Source: Bacteroidales bacterium | GTDB taxonomy: Bacteria; Bacteroidota; Bacteroidia; Bacteroidales; UBA12077 | Direction of reading: 5' to 3' | NCBI GenBank assembly: GCA_963665525.1 | Contig: OY762280.1 | Location: forward strand, 3,948,084 to 4,012,083 | Length of the DNA stretch: 64,000 bases | In this document: positions 40,120-48,443 of the stretch, in pieces | Numbering within the stretch: position 1 is the stretch's first letter | Layout of the letters: every line of letters begins with the position of its first letter | Notes under the pieces: model-generated | What the model was told of the DNA's origin: nothing | The model's input: the letters and a program-made list of their open reading frames with translations, nothing else | Databases searched by the model: none | Program-made: the position numbers and the translations under genes

Positions 40120-40344
40120 GGTATAAGGGTTTAGTTATTTAATTTGTTCAATGTTTATAAGACACTATTTTAATTCATTCGTTTAATAGAATAAGATTAT
40201 ACAAAAATAAGGGTTTTATTTAAATCTGGTGGTCATAAAAAGAATTGATCTAAAACAGTTTTTTAGTTGATCTATTGAATGTGCAAAAATATGTTTAATA
40301 ACACATTATAGTTTAAATTTGATATAGATTAAAAATGGAAAGTT

Positions 40345-40737
40345 GTGACATTAAAAGTTTCTGATATAAAAAAATATTCGATCCGTTTAGCAGAAAAGGG
40401 AGAGGTTCTTACCTGGGTGGGTCCATGCTCTGTTAAAAAAATTGAGAGTAATGAGATTCCACTAGATGGAAGAAAATACGAATGTGGTGGTACTATTTAT
40501 TTAGCTAATGGATTGGATTTACAAGCAAGTTTTAGAATTAAAAAATCAAATGATCCTATGCTTATTGAAGATACCATTTATACTAAGATTGATGAAGTAT
40601 GGTATAAATTAGGGGAACCTGATTTTTATTCTAAAACAGAACTGGATAAAGAAGATGTTTTTCCGATAGAATGGGAACCTGATACGCCAATTGAAAATTT
40701 AGGTAAGGGTCCATTTAAAATGGATTTTAAGGGTTAG
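40345..40737 (+). CDS. Hypothetical protein (GTG start)
   Basis: The 130-aa ORF has no in-frame ATG upstream and an in-frame TAA at 40330. I recognise no family. Confidence 0.45.
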   Translation: MTLKVSDIKKYSIRLAEKGEVLTWVGPCSVKKIESNEIPLDGRKYECGGTIYLANGLDLQASFRIKKSNDPMLIEDTIYTKIDEVWYKLGEPDFYSKTELDKEDVFPIEWEPDTPIENLGKGPFKMDFKG

Positions 40738-40794
40738 CAAATTCTTAGAATAAAAGAAGATCTCTGTAATTAAGAAATCTTCTTTTTTTTTATT

Positions 40795-41187
40795 TTATTC
40801 TAATGTCTTGATTTTATTCCTGAATAAGAACCAAATAAGACAGGTAACTAAGAATAGAAATAAAGCATAAAGTGGTGCAATAAGAGAAACTCTTAATCCT
40901 CCAACAACCAAAGCTGGTGAAATATCTCCTGCATTTTGAATGGCTAAAAATGCTCCATACATTCCTAACATTCGATAAAACCACGAAAAAAGAAATCCAA
41001 AGGCACCAATAAAAAGGATAGTAGAATTAAATTTATTAAGTTTTTTTAAATCTTTATTATCTGACTTATAAACTTGCATGAATCTTACAATACAGAAGAT
41101 AACCAATATCCACATGATATAATGTAGTGTCATGAAGAATGGTCCTCCTTCCATAAAATGTCCTTTAAATAAACTTGCTACTGACAT
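40795..41187 (-). CDS. Small 3-TM membrane protein, MotA/TolQ/ExbB-like channel segment
   Basis: The C-terminal region GMYGAFLAIQNAGDISPALVVGGLRVSLIAPLYALFLF resembles the conserved ExbB/TolQ helix pair. The assignment is tentative. Confidence 0.45.
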   Translation of the reverse strand: MSVASLFKGHFMEGGPFFMTLHYIMWILVIFCIVRFMQVYKSDNKDLKKLNKFNSTILFIGAFGFLFSWFYRMLGMYGAFLAIQNAGDISPALVVGGLRVSLIAPLYALFLFLVTCLIWFLFRNKIKTLE

Positions 41188-41260
41188 AATTTTTAGTTTT
41201 AGATATGTAGTCTACTTAAAACGTAGACCACAGAATGGTTAATAATAAGGTAATTTTAAA

Positions 41261-42148
41261 TTATTTTGCTTCGTTGGTTTTGGCTAGAGATACTAAACCT
41301 CCCATAGCTCCAAGGTTCATTGAATCAAGAGCTGAACTAGGAACAATAACCATTGATCCTTTTTCTTTTAAACCTTCGAATAACATATTCATTCCACGAA
41401 GTTGCAATGCAACAGGATTATCTGCATATTGCTCACTTGCTTTGGCAAATTTTTCTGCGATCTCTGTTTCGGCAGTTCCCAGAATAACTCTTGCTCTGCG
41501 TTCTCTTTCTGCTTGTGCTTCTTTACTCATGGCATCAGCTAGGGCTTGTGGAATAACAATATCTTTTATACCAACAGTTTGACAGGTTATTCCCCAAGGA
41601 TTGGTGTTGTGATCAAGAATTTTTTGCAAATCATCGGCTATTTTATCTCTCTCCTGAAGTAAATCGGCTAACTCGTGTTTCCCAATAATATCGCGCAATC
41701 CGGTTTGTGCAATATAAGATATGGCTTTAACATATTCTTGTACTTCAAGAGCAGCTTTTTCTACATCCCAAACAGTCCAGTAAACTACAGCATCAACATT
41801 TACAGGAACTGTGTCTTTGGTTAAGGTTTGATCGGCCATAAAATCGGTTACCCGAACACGTTGGTCAATGTAGGTGTCAATTTTATCTACAATAGGAATA
41901 ATCATGAAAGGACCTGGACCTTTTAAGCCCTGATATTTACCAAGACGCAATACAACAGCTTTTTCCCATTGATCTGCAATGTGAATGGAGCATGCAATGA
42001 ACAAAGAAAGTAGGATTGAGGGAACCAAAATAGAAATATTAATAATCTCTAAAAAATATAATCCAAACGATACAGTCAATAAAATAATAAGTACTGTAAT
42101 AGAAATTGGATTAAGAAAGCTTTTAGTAATCGTTTGTTTCGTTTTCAT
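41261..42148 (-). CDS. SPFH/Band 7 (stomatin-like, slipin) membrane protein
   Basis: It has N-terminal TM helices, an SPFH core (VRVTDF...VPVNVDAVVYW...IKDIVIP) and an Ala/Glu-rich coiled coil (EAQAERERRARV). Confidence 0.9.
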   Translation of the reverse strand: MKTKQTITKSFLNPISITVLIILLTVSFGLYFLEIINISILVPSILLSLFIACSIHIADQWEKAVVLRLGKYQGLKGPGPFMIIPIVDKIDTYIDQRVRVTDFMADQTLTKDTVPVNVDAVVYWTVWDVEKAALEVQEYVKAISYIAQTGLRDIIGKHELADLLQERDKIADDLQKILDHNTNPWGITCQTVGIKDIVIPQALADAMSKEAQAERERRARVILGTAETEIAEKFAKASEQYADNPVALQLRGMNMLFEGLKEKGSMVIVPSSALDSMNLGAMGGLVSLAKTNEAK

Positions 42149-42195
42149 AATTTTTAGATTTAACTTGCTTGTAAAATAATTACGGGCATTGTCTC

Positions 42196-42564
42196 TTATT
42201 TTTGTTTTTGTAGTTCGTTTATAATATCGTTTACTGAGAATCCATAGCTATACGCTATTGTACAAAACTCATGACATATTTCTTTTAGTTTTTCATTTCT
42301 TTCTTTTTCGGAAATTTGAATTTCTATTGTAGAAATAAAAGTGCCTGTGCCTTGTTGGGTTTCAAGAATATTTTGTATTTCAAGCTCTTTATAAGCTTTT
42401 GCGACTGTATTTAAGTTAACTTTTAAATCAACAGCCAAAGCTCGTACTGTAGGTAGTTGCTCTCCAATTTTTAAATTACCACTGGCAATACCAAATTTTA
42501 TCTGATCGATAATTTGTCGGTAAAATGGAGTTCCTGCTTTTGGGTCTAATTTAAATTGAATCAT
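42196..42564 (-). CDS. GntR-family transcriptional regulator, YtrA subfamily
   Basis: 122 aa. It has the GntR wHTH (PFYRQIIDQIKFGIASGNLKIGEQLPTVRALAVDLKVNLNTVAKAY) and a short C-terminal helix pair. Confidence 0.9.
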   Translation of the reverse strand: MIQFKLDPKAGTPFYRQIIDQIKFGIASGNLKIGEQLPTVRALAVDLKVNLNTVAKAYKELEIQNILETQQGTGTFISTIEIQISEKERNEKLKEICHEFCTIAYSYGFSVNDIINELQKQK

Positions 42565-42752
42565 TGTTCTATTATATTATTGTCATATAAGAATAGTACA
42601 AACATACAAGATAAATTAATTCATGTCAAGTTTTTTTGAATGTTTTTTTGATTAAGATTCTGAGGATACTATAGATAGAGGTGTTTAAAAAAAGAAATCA
42701 CCACTAAATTATTGTGATGATCTCCTTTTAACTAAATAAACAACTAAATTAA

Positions 42753-43802
42753 TTATGTGGTTTTAATTAATTTATCGAAATACATTGCAAACGAGCGATA
42801 TAAAAAGTGAGTCCATTTACCAAACGGAACTATTATTACAGCCCACTGTACAAGAACTATTAAATGGAATAAATACATCCAAAGGTTGTTTTCGATAATA
42901 TTTAAATCGATAAAAACTCTTACAATAAATGCTGTTAATCCCATTAAGAATAGCCAGATTACAAAAAACCAGTCCGATGGTTGTGAGAACTTGTTTACTT
43001 CTCTGTTTTTTCTAATTCTTCCAATCATAAATATGAATGTAATTGCAAAAATTGCAATACTTTCAATATATCCTAAAAGAATAATAAACATGTTTTCTGT
43101 CCCAAACCAATCTAGAACAACGGTAGTAAAAAGTAAAGCCAGATAACCAAATACAAGTATCATATGCATTAGCCAACGTCTATAACTATCGTCGCAACCC
43201 AAAGTTCGCTTTTGAGTAAACATATGAATAAACAGTTCTTTGGCTGTTAACAGATAGGTTTTAAATTTTACTTTTTTGCCTGGTTTTAATATTACAAACC
43301 ACCACATTCGTGCTAAGTTAGGAATAAGTATAACTGCAAAAACAGCAGCAATAGCAAGCATTTCGAATGTATGTCCAAAGTGCATAATTGCTTCGGTATT
43401 AAAATTTAGTTTAAAACTAAACCAAATAACTGCGATAGCAGTAGCAATAAATGCAAACAGACTAAAAAATAATGATTTGTATAATAGACCCGATAAACCG
43501 GTCCAGTCGTATTTTGCAGTAAGCCATCTTCTTAACGACATCATTAATTCGCCAGGATTAGCTTCTCGCGGACAAGTACTTGCACAATCGCCGCAATAAT
43601 AACATAACCAAGGATCTAATGATGATGTAATTTTCTGATCTAACCCAAGAACACTGGCACGCACCATTTTTCGTGGGAAAGAATTGTCTTTATCAGATAA
43701 GCTGCATACAGCAGTACAATTCCCGCAATTATAACACGCATTAAAATCGTTGTTACCGTATTTGAAGATTTCTTTTGCAAATTTAGGATTTATTCTTGCC
43801 AT
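42753..43802 (-). CDS. QmoC-like subunit: HdrC-type 2x[4Fe-4S] domain fused to a 6-TM cytochrome-b-like (HdrE/NarI-type) membrane domain
   Basis: It has two ferredoxin-type motifs (CYNCGNCTAVC and CYYCGDCASTCP). About six hydrophobic helices follow, carrying candidate haem-ligand His residues (HFGH, MHMIL, FHLIV, WTHF). Confidence 0.8.
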   Translation of the reverse strand: MARINPKFAKEIFKYGNNDFNACYNCGNCTAVCSLSDKDNSFPRKMVRASVLGLDQKITSSLDPWLCYYCGDCASTCPREANPGELMMSLRRWLTAKYDWTGLSGLLYKSLFFSLFAFIATAIAVIWFSFKLNFNTEAIMHFGHTFEMLAIAAVFAVILIPNLARMWWFVILKPGKKVKFKTYLLTAKELFIHMFTQKRTLGCDDSYRRWLMHMILVFGYLALLFTTVVLDWFGTENMFIILLGYIESIAIFAITFIFMIGRIRKNREVNKFSQPSDWFFVIWLFLMGLTAFIVRVFIDLNIIENNLWMYLFHLIVLVQWAVIIVPFGKWTHFLYRSFAMYFDKLIKTT

Positions 43803-43807
43803 ATGAT

Positions 43808-44086
43808 TTACTTTTTCAATTTGTAAAAATAGTATTCATCCATATCATCAATTTCCCCGGTTTCAATACTTCCGTATTTTTGCAAAGTCATTAAATGATA
43901 GGTGACTATATCAAAAGGAATACCTGTTTCTTTAGCAATTTGAGGAATGGTTTTATCTTCCGCTTCGAGAGCTTTCAGGATTTGTTTTTTTATCCTGTTA
44001 AACTCTTTCATTTTTTCTTTTACTTCATCGGAAACTTTCCTCGTTTTCTTAATAATGTCTATTGTTTTTTCCATAATATCTTGCAT
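43808..44086 (-). CDS. Small winged-helix DNA-binding-like protein (Cys-free)
   Basis: 92 aa. The pattern RIKKQILKALEAEDKTIPQIAKETGIPFDIVTYHLMTLQKYGSIE looks like an ArsR/MarR-type wHTH. The gene lies 2 nt and 5 nt from its neighbours inside the operon. Confidence 0.55.
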   Translation of the reverse strand: MQDIMEKTIDIIKKTRKVSDEVKEKMKEFNRIKKQILKALEAEDKTIPQIAKETGIPFDIVTYHLMTLQKYGSIETGEIDDMDEYYFYKLKK

Positions 44087-44088
44087 TA

Positions 44089-46023
44089 TTAATCAATTAA
44101 AGCTTCAATCATACTTTCCATTTCTTTGTCTGTGTATCCAATTAAGTCAATTGCATTTTCAGGACAAACAGGTAAGCACATTCCGCATCCTTTACATAAT
44201 GATTTATTTACAACAGCAACCTCTTTACCATCGGTTGTAGTTTTTGAAATAGCATCGTACGGACAAGCGTTAGAGCAGTTATCACACCACGAACATTTAT
44301 CGTTATGAATAACGGCCATGGTTGGTTCAAGTTCAATTTCGCCTAAGCTAACCAAAGAGTTTGCTTTAGATGCAGCCGATAGTGCCGATTTTACCGATTC
44401 GGTAATATTTAAAGGAGCCTGACAAGCACCTGAAATTAATACTCCATCGATAACGGTTTCTACAGGACGTAGCTTAGGATGTATTTCGTTAAAGAATTTA
44501 TCTCTACCAACAGGAACTTTAAGTAAGTTAACAATGCCTTCGTATTCTCTAGGAACCATTCCGGTTACTAAAACAACTAAATCAGCATTAATTTCTACTT
44601 CTTCGTTGTCGGTTAAAATATCTTTAATTTTAACTATAGTTTCGTTGCCAACATATTGAACTTCCGGAGGAGAATCTTCGAAAGATTGTAAGAAAATATC
44701 GCCAGCTTCGGATGCTTGATGATAAAGTTTCTCTTGCTTTCCGTAAGTTCTTATTCCACGGTTAAAATGGAAGTTATTAATGTTTGGATATTTTTCTTTA
44801 ACAAGAATCGCGGTATGAATTGCTGATGTACAGCAATAACGCGAGCAATATTTATTAGGCCCATCAACCTGACGACTACCAACACAATAGATGTAAGCTA
44901 TATTTTTAACTTCTTGATGATTGTATAATAATTTATCATTATTAAGTTCAATTAATCGCTTAAATTGCTGAAGTGTAATTACATTACTTACCTCATGGTA
45001 TCCAAATTCGCCTTTTTCAGGTTCATAAGGGTTAAATCCGGTACAAAGCTGAATAGCTCCAACAGTAATTTCTGTTTCGGTTTCAGTTTGTTCAAGATCA
45101 ATATCATCGCATATGGCCACACATTCGCCACATTTAGTACAAGCTTTATAATCAATTGCAGGAATTTCAGGAAACTCACTACAGTAGTTTTTAAAAATAG
45201 CTTTACGTTTTGTGATGTTAAAATTGAAATCGTCATCAACCTCAACAGGGCATACTTCAATAGCTTTTTGGAACTTCTCTTTATCAAGTTTGCAATCGGG
45301 TTTAATATAGCGTGGAATAGTTTTTAATTTAAGACTATATTCTCCAACACTACCTTTTTTCTCAGCAATTTCGGTTCCGGTATAAAGCGTAATTTTTGGA
45401 TGAGAAATAATTTCATTGTATAAACGAGATACTACTTCTTGTCCGGTTTCATTAGTTGTAAACAATACGTTCCATTGAGAGGTACGACCACCAACAAAAT
45501 GTTCGCGCTCAATTAAATGAACAGTCGTTCCCATTTCGGCAAGTTCCAAAGCAGCACGCATTCCTGCAATACCAGCACCAACAACAGCAATGGCATTTTG
45601 CGATGGAATTTTAACAGGAGTAAGTTCTTTTGAATATTTTACTCTTTCAATTCCTCCCTGAACTAATTTTATGGCCTTTTCGGTTGCCATTGGGGCATTA
45701 TCGGAATGTGCCCAGGAGCCTTGTTCACGGATATTAACCTGAACGTAATTGTAAGGATTTAACCCGGCGCGTATCGCTACATTTCTAAATGTAAACAAGT
45801 GTAATTTTGGAGAACAAGATGCAACAACTATAGCATCCAAACTTTGTTCTTTGATATCGTTAGCAATTTCTTGTTGTGTGGAATCGGCACAGGCAAACAT
45901 GGTTGTTTTTGCCAGTGTAACTCCTTCAACTTTTGCGGCAGCTTCTTTTACTTTTTCAACATCTACATAGTCGGAAATATTCGAGCCGCACATGCATACA
46001 TATACTCCAATTTTATTTTTCAT
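44089..46023 (-). CDS. HdrA-like FAD/FeS oxidoreductase (QmoB-like but lacking the MvhD domain)
   Basis: It has an N-terminal CMCG motif, the dinucleotide fold VVGAGIAGMRAALELAE, the HdrA signature CVGSRQ...YCSRYCC and a C-terminal 2x4Fe-4S (CSWCDNCSNACP, CKGCGMCLPVCP). It overlaps the upstream gene by 11 nt. Confidence 0.85.
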   Translation of the reverse strand: MKNKIGVYVCMCGSNISDYVDVEKVKEAAAKVEGVTLAKTTMFACADSTQQEIANDIKEQSLDAIVVASCSPKLHLFTFRNVAIRAGLNPYNYVQVNIREQGSWAHSDNAPMATEKAIKLVQGGIERVKYSKELTPVKIPSQNAIAVVGAGIAGMRAALELAEMGTTVHLIEREHFVGGRTSQWNVLFTTNETGQEVVSRLYNEIISHPKITLYTGTEIAEKKGSVGEYSLKLKTIPRYIKPDCKLDKEKFQKAIEVCPVEVDDDFNFNITKRKAIFKNYCSEFPEIPAIDYKACTKCGECVAICDDIDLEQTETETEITVGAIQLCTGFNPYEPEKGEFGYHEVSNVITLQQFKRLIELNNDKLLYNHQEVKNIAYIYCVGSRQVDGPNKYCSRYCCTSAIHTAILVKEKYPNINNFHFNRGIRTYGKQEKLYHQASEAGDIFLQSFEDSPPEVQYVGNETIVKIKDILTDNEEVEINADLVVLVTGMVPREYEGIVNLLKVPVGRDKFFNEIHPKLRPVETVIDGVLISGACQAPLNITESVKSALSAASKANSLVSLGEIELEPTMAVIHNDKCSWCDNCSNACPYDAISKTTTDGKEVAVVNKSLCKGCGMCLPVCPENAIDLIGYTDKEMESMIEALID

Positions 46024-47311
46024 GAGTACCTCCTCTCAAGTAGCCTGCAGTTTCTGAGGAAGCTGCTCCGGCCGATAATATTGAATCTGGGATATCCATT
46101 GGCCCTGATGCTGTTCCTGCTACATAAACCCCATCAATATTGGTTTGTGCAGGGTTGGCAAGTAAATCTCTTTGTTGAACATAATTAAATTGATCTAACT
46201 CAAGATTGTTGTTAAACATTGATTTAACACCATCGTTGGCTAAAATACCAGTCGATAAAACAACCATATCGTGATTCGCTTCTTTAACAGTTCCACTTTC
46301 AATATCCTCGTATCTTAACTTAAGGTCTCCATCTTCAATTTCTTCTATTTTACCAATCTTACCTTTAATAAAGCTTACACCCATATCTTTTGCTTGTTGG
46401 TAAAACTCGTTAAATCCTTTACCAAACGACCGTATGTGTAAGTAATAAATTGTGATATCGGCCATAGGTAATGCTCCCATTAAAAGCTGGGCTTGCTTAA
46501 TTGAATACATACAGCAAACTTGTGAACATATTGGATTTCCAACAGTTTCGTCGCGCGAACCAGCACATAATACATAAGCAATATTGTCGGGCATTTTACC
46601 ATCTTTAGGTCTTAGAACAGTATTGTATGGACGTGTTGGAACTAGCTGACGTTCCATTTGCATGGCTGTAAGTACATTTTTGAATTTTCCAAAACCGTAT
46701 CTTGGAATATTTTCTGCATCGAATAGTTTATATCCGGTTGCAATAATTACCGATTTTGCCTGAATAGCTATGTCTTGCTTTTCTTGAGTAAAATCGATAC
46801 AGTTTGCAGGGCAGGCTTTTTCACATGCTCCGCATAAGCTACAGTTTTCAATATCTATTGCAGCAACCCTGGGATTGGCAATACTAAAAGGTACATAAAC
46901 AGCTTTACGGCCAACTAAATCCCATTGATATTGGTCTTTTACCACTACAGGGCATTTGTCTTCGCAAATCTGGCATCCTGTGCATGATTCTTCATCAACA
47001 TAGCGTGGATACTTGGTTAAGGTAGCGCGAAAATCAAATTCAGACTTTTTATCAATATTACTTACCTGGCTGTTGGTATAAATAGTTATATTTGGATGTC
47101 TTGCTGTTTCGGATACTTTAGGTGTTGTAATACATGCAGAACAATCTAATGTTGGAAAAACCTTACTTAAGTGGATCATTTTACCACCCAGGGATAAGTC
47201 TTTTTCAACAATAATGACTTTATAACCTTGGTTTGCAAGGTTAAGAGCTGCTTCTTCTCCAGAAATTCCTCCACCAATAACAAGAACATCGTATTCTTCT
47301 GATTTTGTCAT
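46013..47311 (-). CDS. HdrA-like FAD/FeS oxidoreductase (QmoA-like)
   Basis: It has VLVIGGGISGEEAAL, FPTLDCSACITTPK and CAGSRDE...CSQVCCMY, matching HdrA signatures, plus two inserted ferredoxin motifs (CTGCQICEDKCP, CSLCGACEKACP). Confidence 0.9.
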   Translation of the reverse strand: MTKSEEYDVLVIGGGISGEEAALNLANQGYKVIIVEKDLSLGGKMIHLSKVFPTLDCSACITTPKVSETARHPNITIYTNSQVSNIDKKSEFDFRATLTKYPRYVDEESCTGCQICEDKCPVVVKDQYQWDLVGRKAVYVPFSIANPRVAAIDIENCSLCGACEKACPANCIDFTQEKQDIAIQAKSVIIATGYKLFDAENIPRYGFGKFKNVLTAMQMERQLVPTRPYNTVLRPKDGKMPDNIAYVLCAGSRDETVGNPICSQVCCMYSIKQAQLLMGALPMADITIYYLHIRSFGKGFNEFYQQAKDMGVSFIKGKIGKIEEIEDGDLKLRYEDIESGTVKEANHDMVVLSTGILANDGVKSMFNNNLELDQFNYVQQRDLLANPAQTNIDGVYVAGTASGPMDIPDSILSAGAASSETAGYLRGGTHEK

Positions 47312-47327
47312 ATTGAGTAATTTTTAG

Positions 47328-47729
47328 TTAATTCTCCGAAGCTTTAGATAATTGCTCATGAAATGTTTTCATGTGCTTTACAAAAGCTTCTGCACAAACG
47401 GAACATATAGCAGCCATTTTTAATCGGGCAGGATCCATATTTTTTTCTTTCATGATAGCATGAGTCGCTTGCACTATTTTTGATGTTTTTTCAGAACAAG
47501 TATCGCTATAAGGACAGTCGGTTCCGTCAGCAGCAATAAAAACACCATCGAATCCTTTTTCGAAAGCATGTAAAATCCATTGTGGTTTTACCGAGCTAGA
47601 ACAAGGAACATTAACAGTATAAACTGTTGCAGGATAATGTTTTTTAAGGAGCCCCGCCATATCGATCGCGGGGTCCGAAATTTTCTCAGTTGAAAAAACC
47701 AGAATCTTTGGATTCTTTAATTTTTCCAT
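47328..47729 (-). CDS. MvhD/FlpD-like iron-sulfur protein (hydrogenase delta-subunit family)
   Basis: 133 aa. The layout ILVFST...VPCSS...FDGVFIAADGTDCPYSDTC...AICSVCAEAF is typical of MvhD-type [2Fe-2S] proteins that partner HdrA. Confidence 0.8.
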   Translation of the reverse strand: MEKLKNPKILVFSTEKISDPAIDMAGLLKKHYPATVYTVNVPCSSSVKPQWILHAFEKGFDGVFIAADGTDCPYSDTCSEKTSKIVQATHAIMKEKNMDPARLKMAAICSVCAEAFVKHMKTFHEQLSKASEN

Positions 47730-47732
47730 CGT

Positions 47733-47984
47733 TTATCCTTTCTTCATGTAAATTTTGAAGTATCCTGACTCTTCTACTGTACCTAAGTAGTCGTGGCCTT
47801 TTTTAGCAGCCCACTTAGGGATATCTTTTTTAGTTCCTTCGTCGGCAGAAAGAACTTCCATAATTTGACCTGAAGTTATTTCGCCAATTGCTTTTTTAGC
47901 AGCTAAAAGTGGTCCTGGACATGCTGTTCCTCTTGCGTCGACTGATTTGTCAACATTTAATGCTTGTAATTCTTCTGTTGTCAT
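47733..47984 (-). CDS. TusA-family sulfurtransferase (second copy)
   Basis: 83 aa with the CPxP active-site motif in VDARGTACPGPLLAAKKAI. Confidence 0.9.
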   Translation of the reverse strand: MTTEELQALNVDKSVDARGTACPGPLLAAKKAIGEITSGQIMEVLSADEGTKKDIPKWAAKKGHDYLGTVEESGYFKIYMKKG

Positions 47985-48004
47985 AACTATATCTCCTTTA
48001 AATT

Positions 48005-48418
48005 TTAAATAAATAAATTAACGTCTGTTTCTTGAATAGACTCAATGTATTCTCCAATTCCACAAATGTCATCAACCACATCAATGAAATCTTCGATTTT
48101 TTCTCCACCGGCAATTTTACCTGCTAAACTGCAGATATGGATTTTTACTTCGGTCATTTCTTTTGCCATTTCGAAAAACTCAATCCACGATGGTGTTGAT
48201 AAGCTTTCGAGAGCAGCTTTAAATTCGTCGGGTGTTTGAACATCTTCGCTCATATTTGATATATCGGCAGCTTTACTTTTTAAGAATGCATGACCTGCAT
48301 TTACCAGAACAAATAAATCTACTTCCATATCGTCGGCAGCAGCACCACTTAAAATAACGCCAACACTTGTTAATTTATCGATGCTTGATGTGCTCAAACC
48401 TATTGTCATTTTTGCCAT
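48005..48418 (-). CDS. DsrE/DsrF-like sulfur-relay family protein
   Basis: 137 aa with an alpha/beta pattern (VGVILSGAAADD...DLFVLVNAGHAF...KIHICSLAG) typical of the DsrE_2/COG2210-type relatives of DsrE. The candidate active Cys is in HICS. Confidence 0.75.
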   Translation of the reverse strand: MAKMTIGLSTSSIDKLTSVGVILSGAAADDMEVDLFVLVNAGHAFLKSKAADISNMSEDVQTPDEFKAALESLSTPSWIEFFEMAKEMTEVKIHICSLAGKIAGGEKIEDFIDVVDDICGIGEYIESIQETDVNLFI

Positions 48419-48443
48419 AATAATTCAATTTTTGTATTAAAGA

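Noticed and set aside
41235-41582. A 115-aa plus-strand ORF overlapping the 3' part of the SPFH gene.
   Set aside because: It is antisense to a well-supported SPFH CDS and is a low-complexity Ala/Ser/Ile-rich shadow ORF.
43276-46188. Plus- and minus-strand ORFs of 60-120 aa inside the QmoC-like and HdrA-like genes (43276-43599, 43895-44240, 44126-44308, 44965-45327, 44988-45287, 45844-46188).
   Set aside because: They overlap CDS that carry unambiguous FeS/FAD signatures. I treat them as frame shadows, not as additional operon members.
42753-47729. The idea that this is the canonical QmoABC of a sulfate reducer, acquired as part of an apr-sat island.
   Set aside because: There is no aprAB or sat in the window. 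The MvhD domain is a separate gene, and a wHTH gene interrupts the set. No integrase, IS element or tRNA flanks the region. I could not compute composition, so horizontal transfer is neither supported nor excluded.
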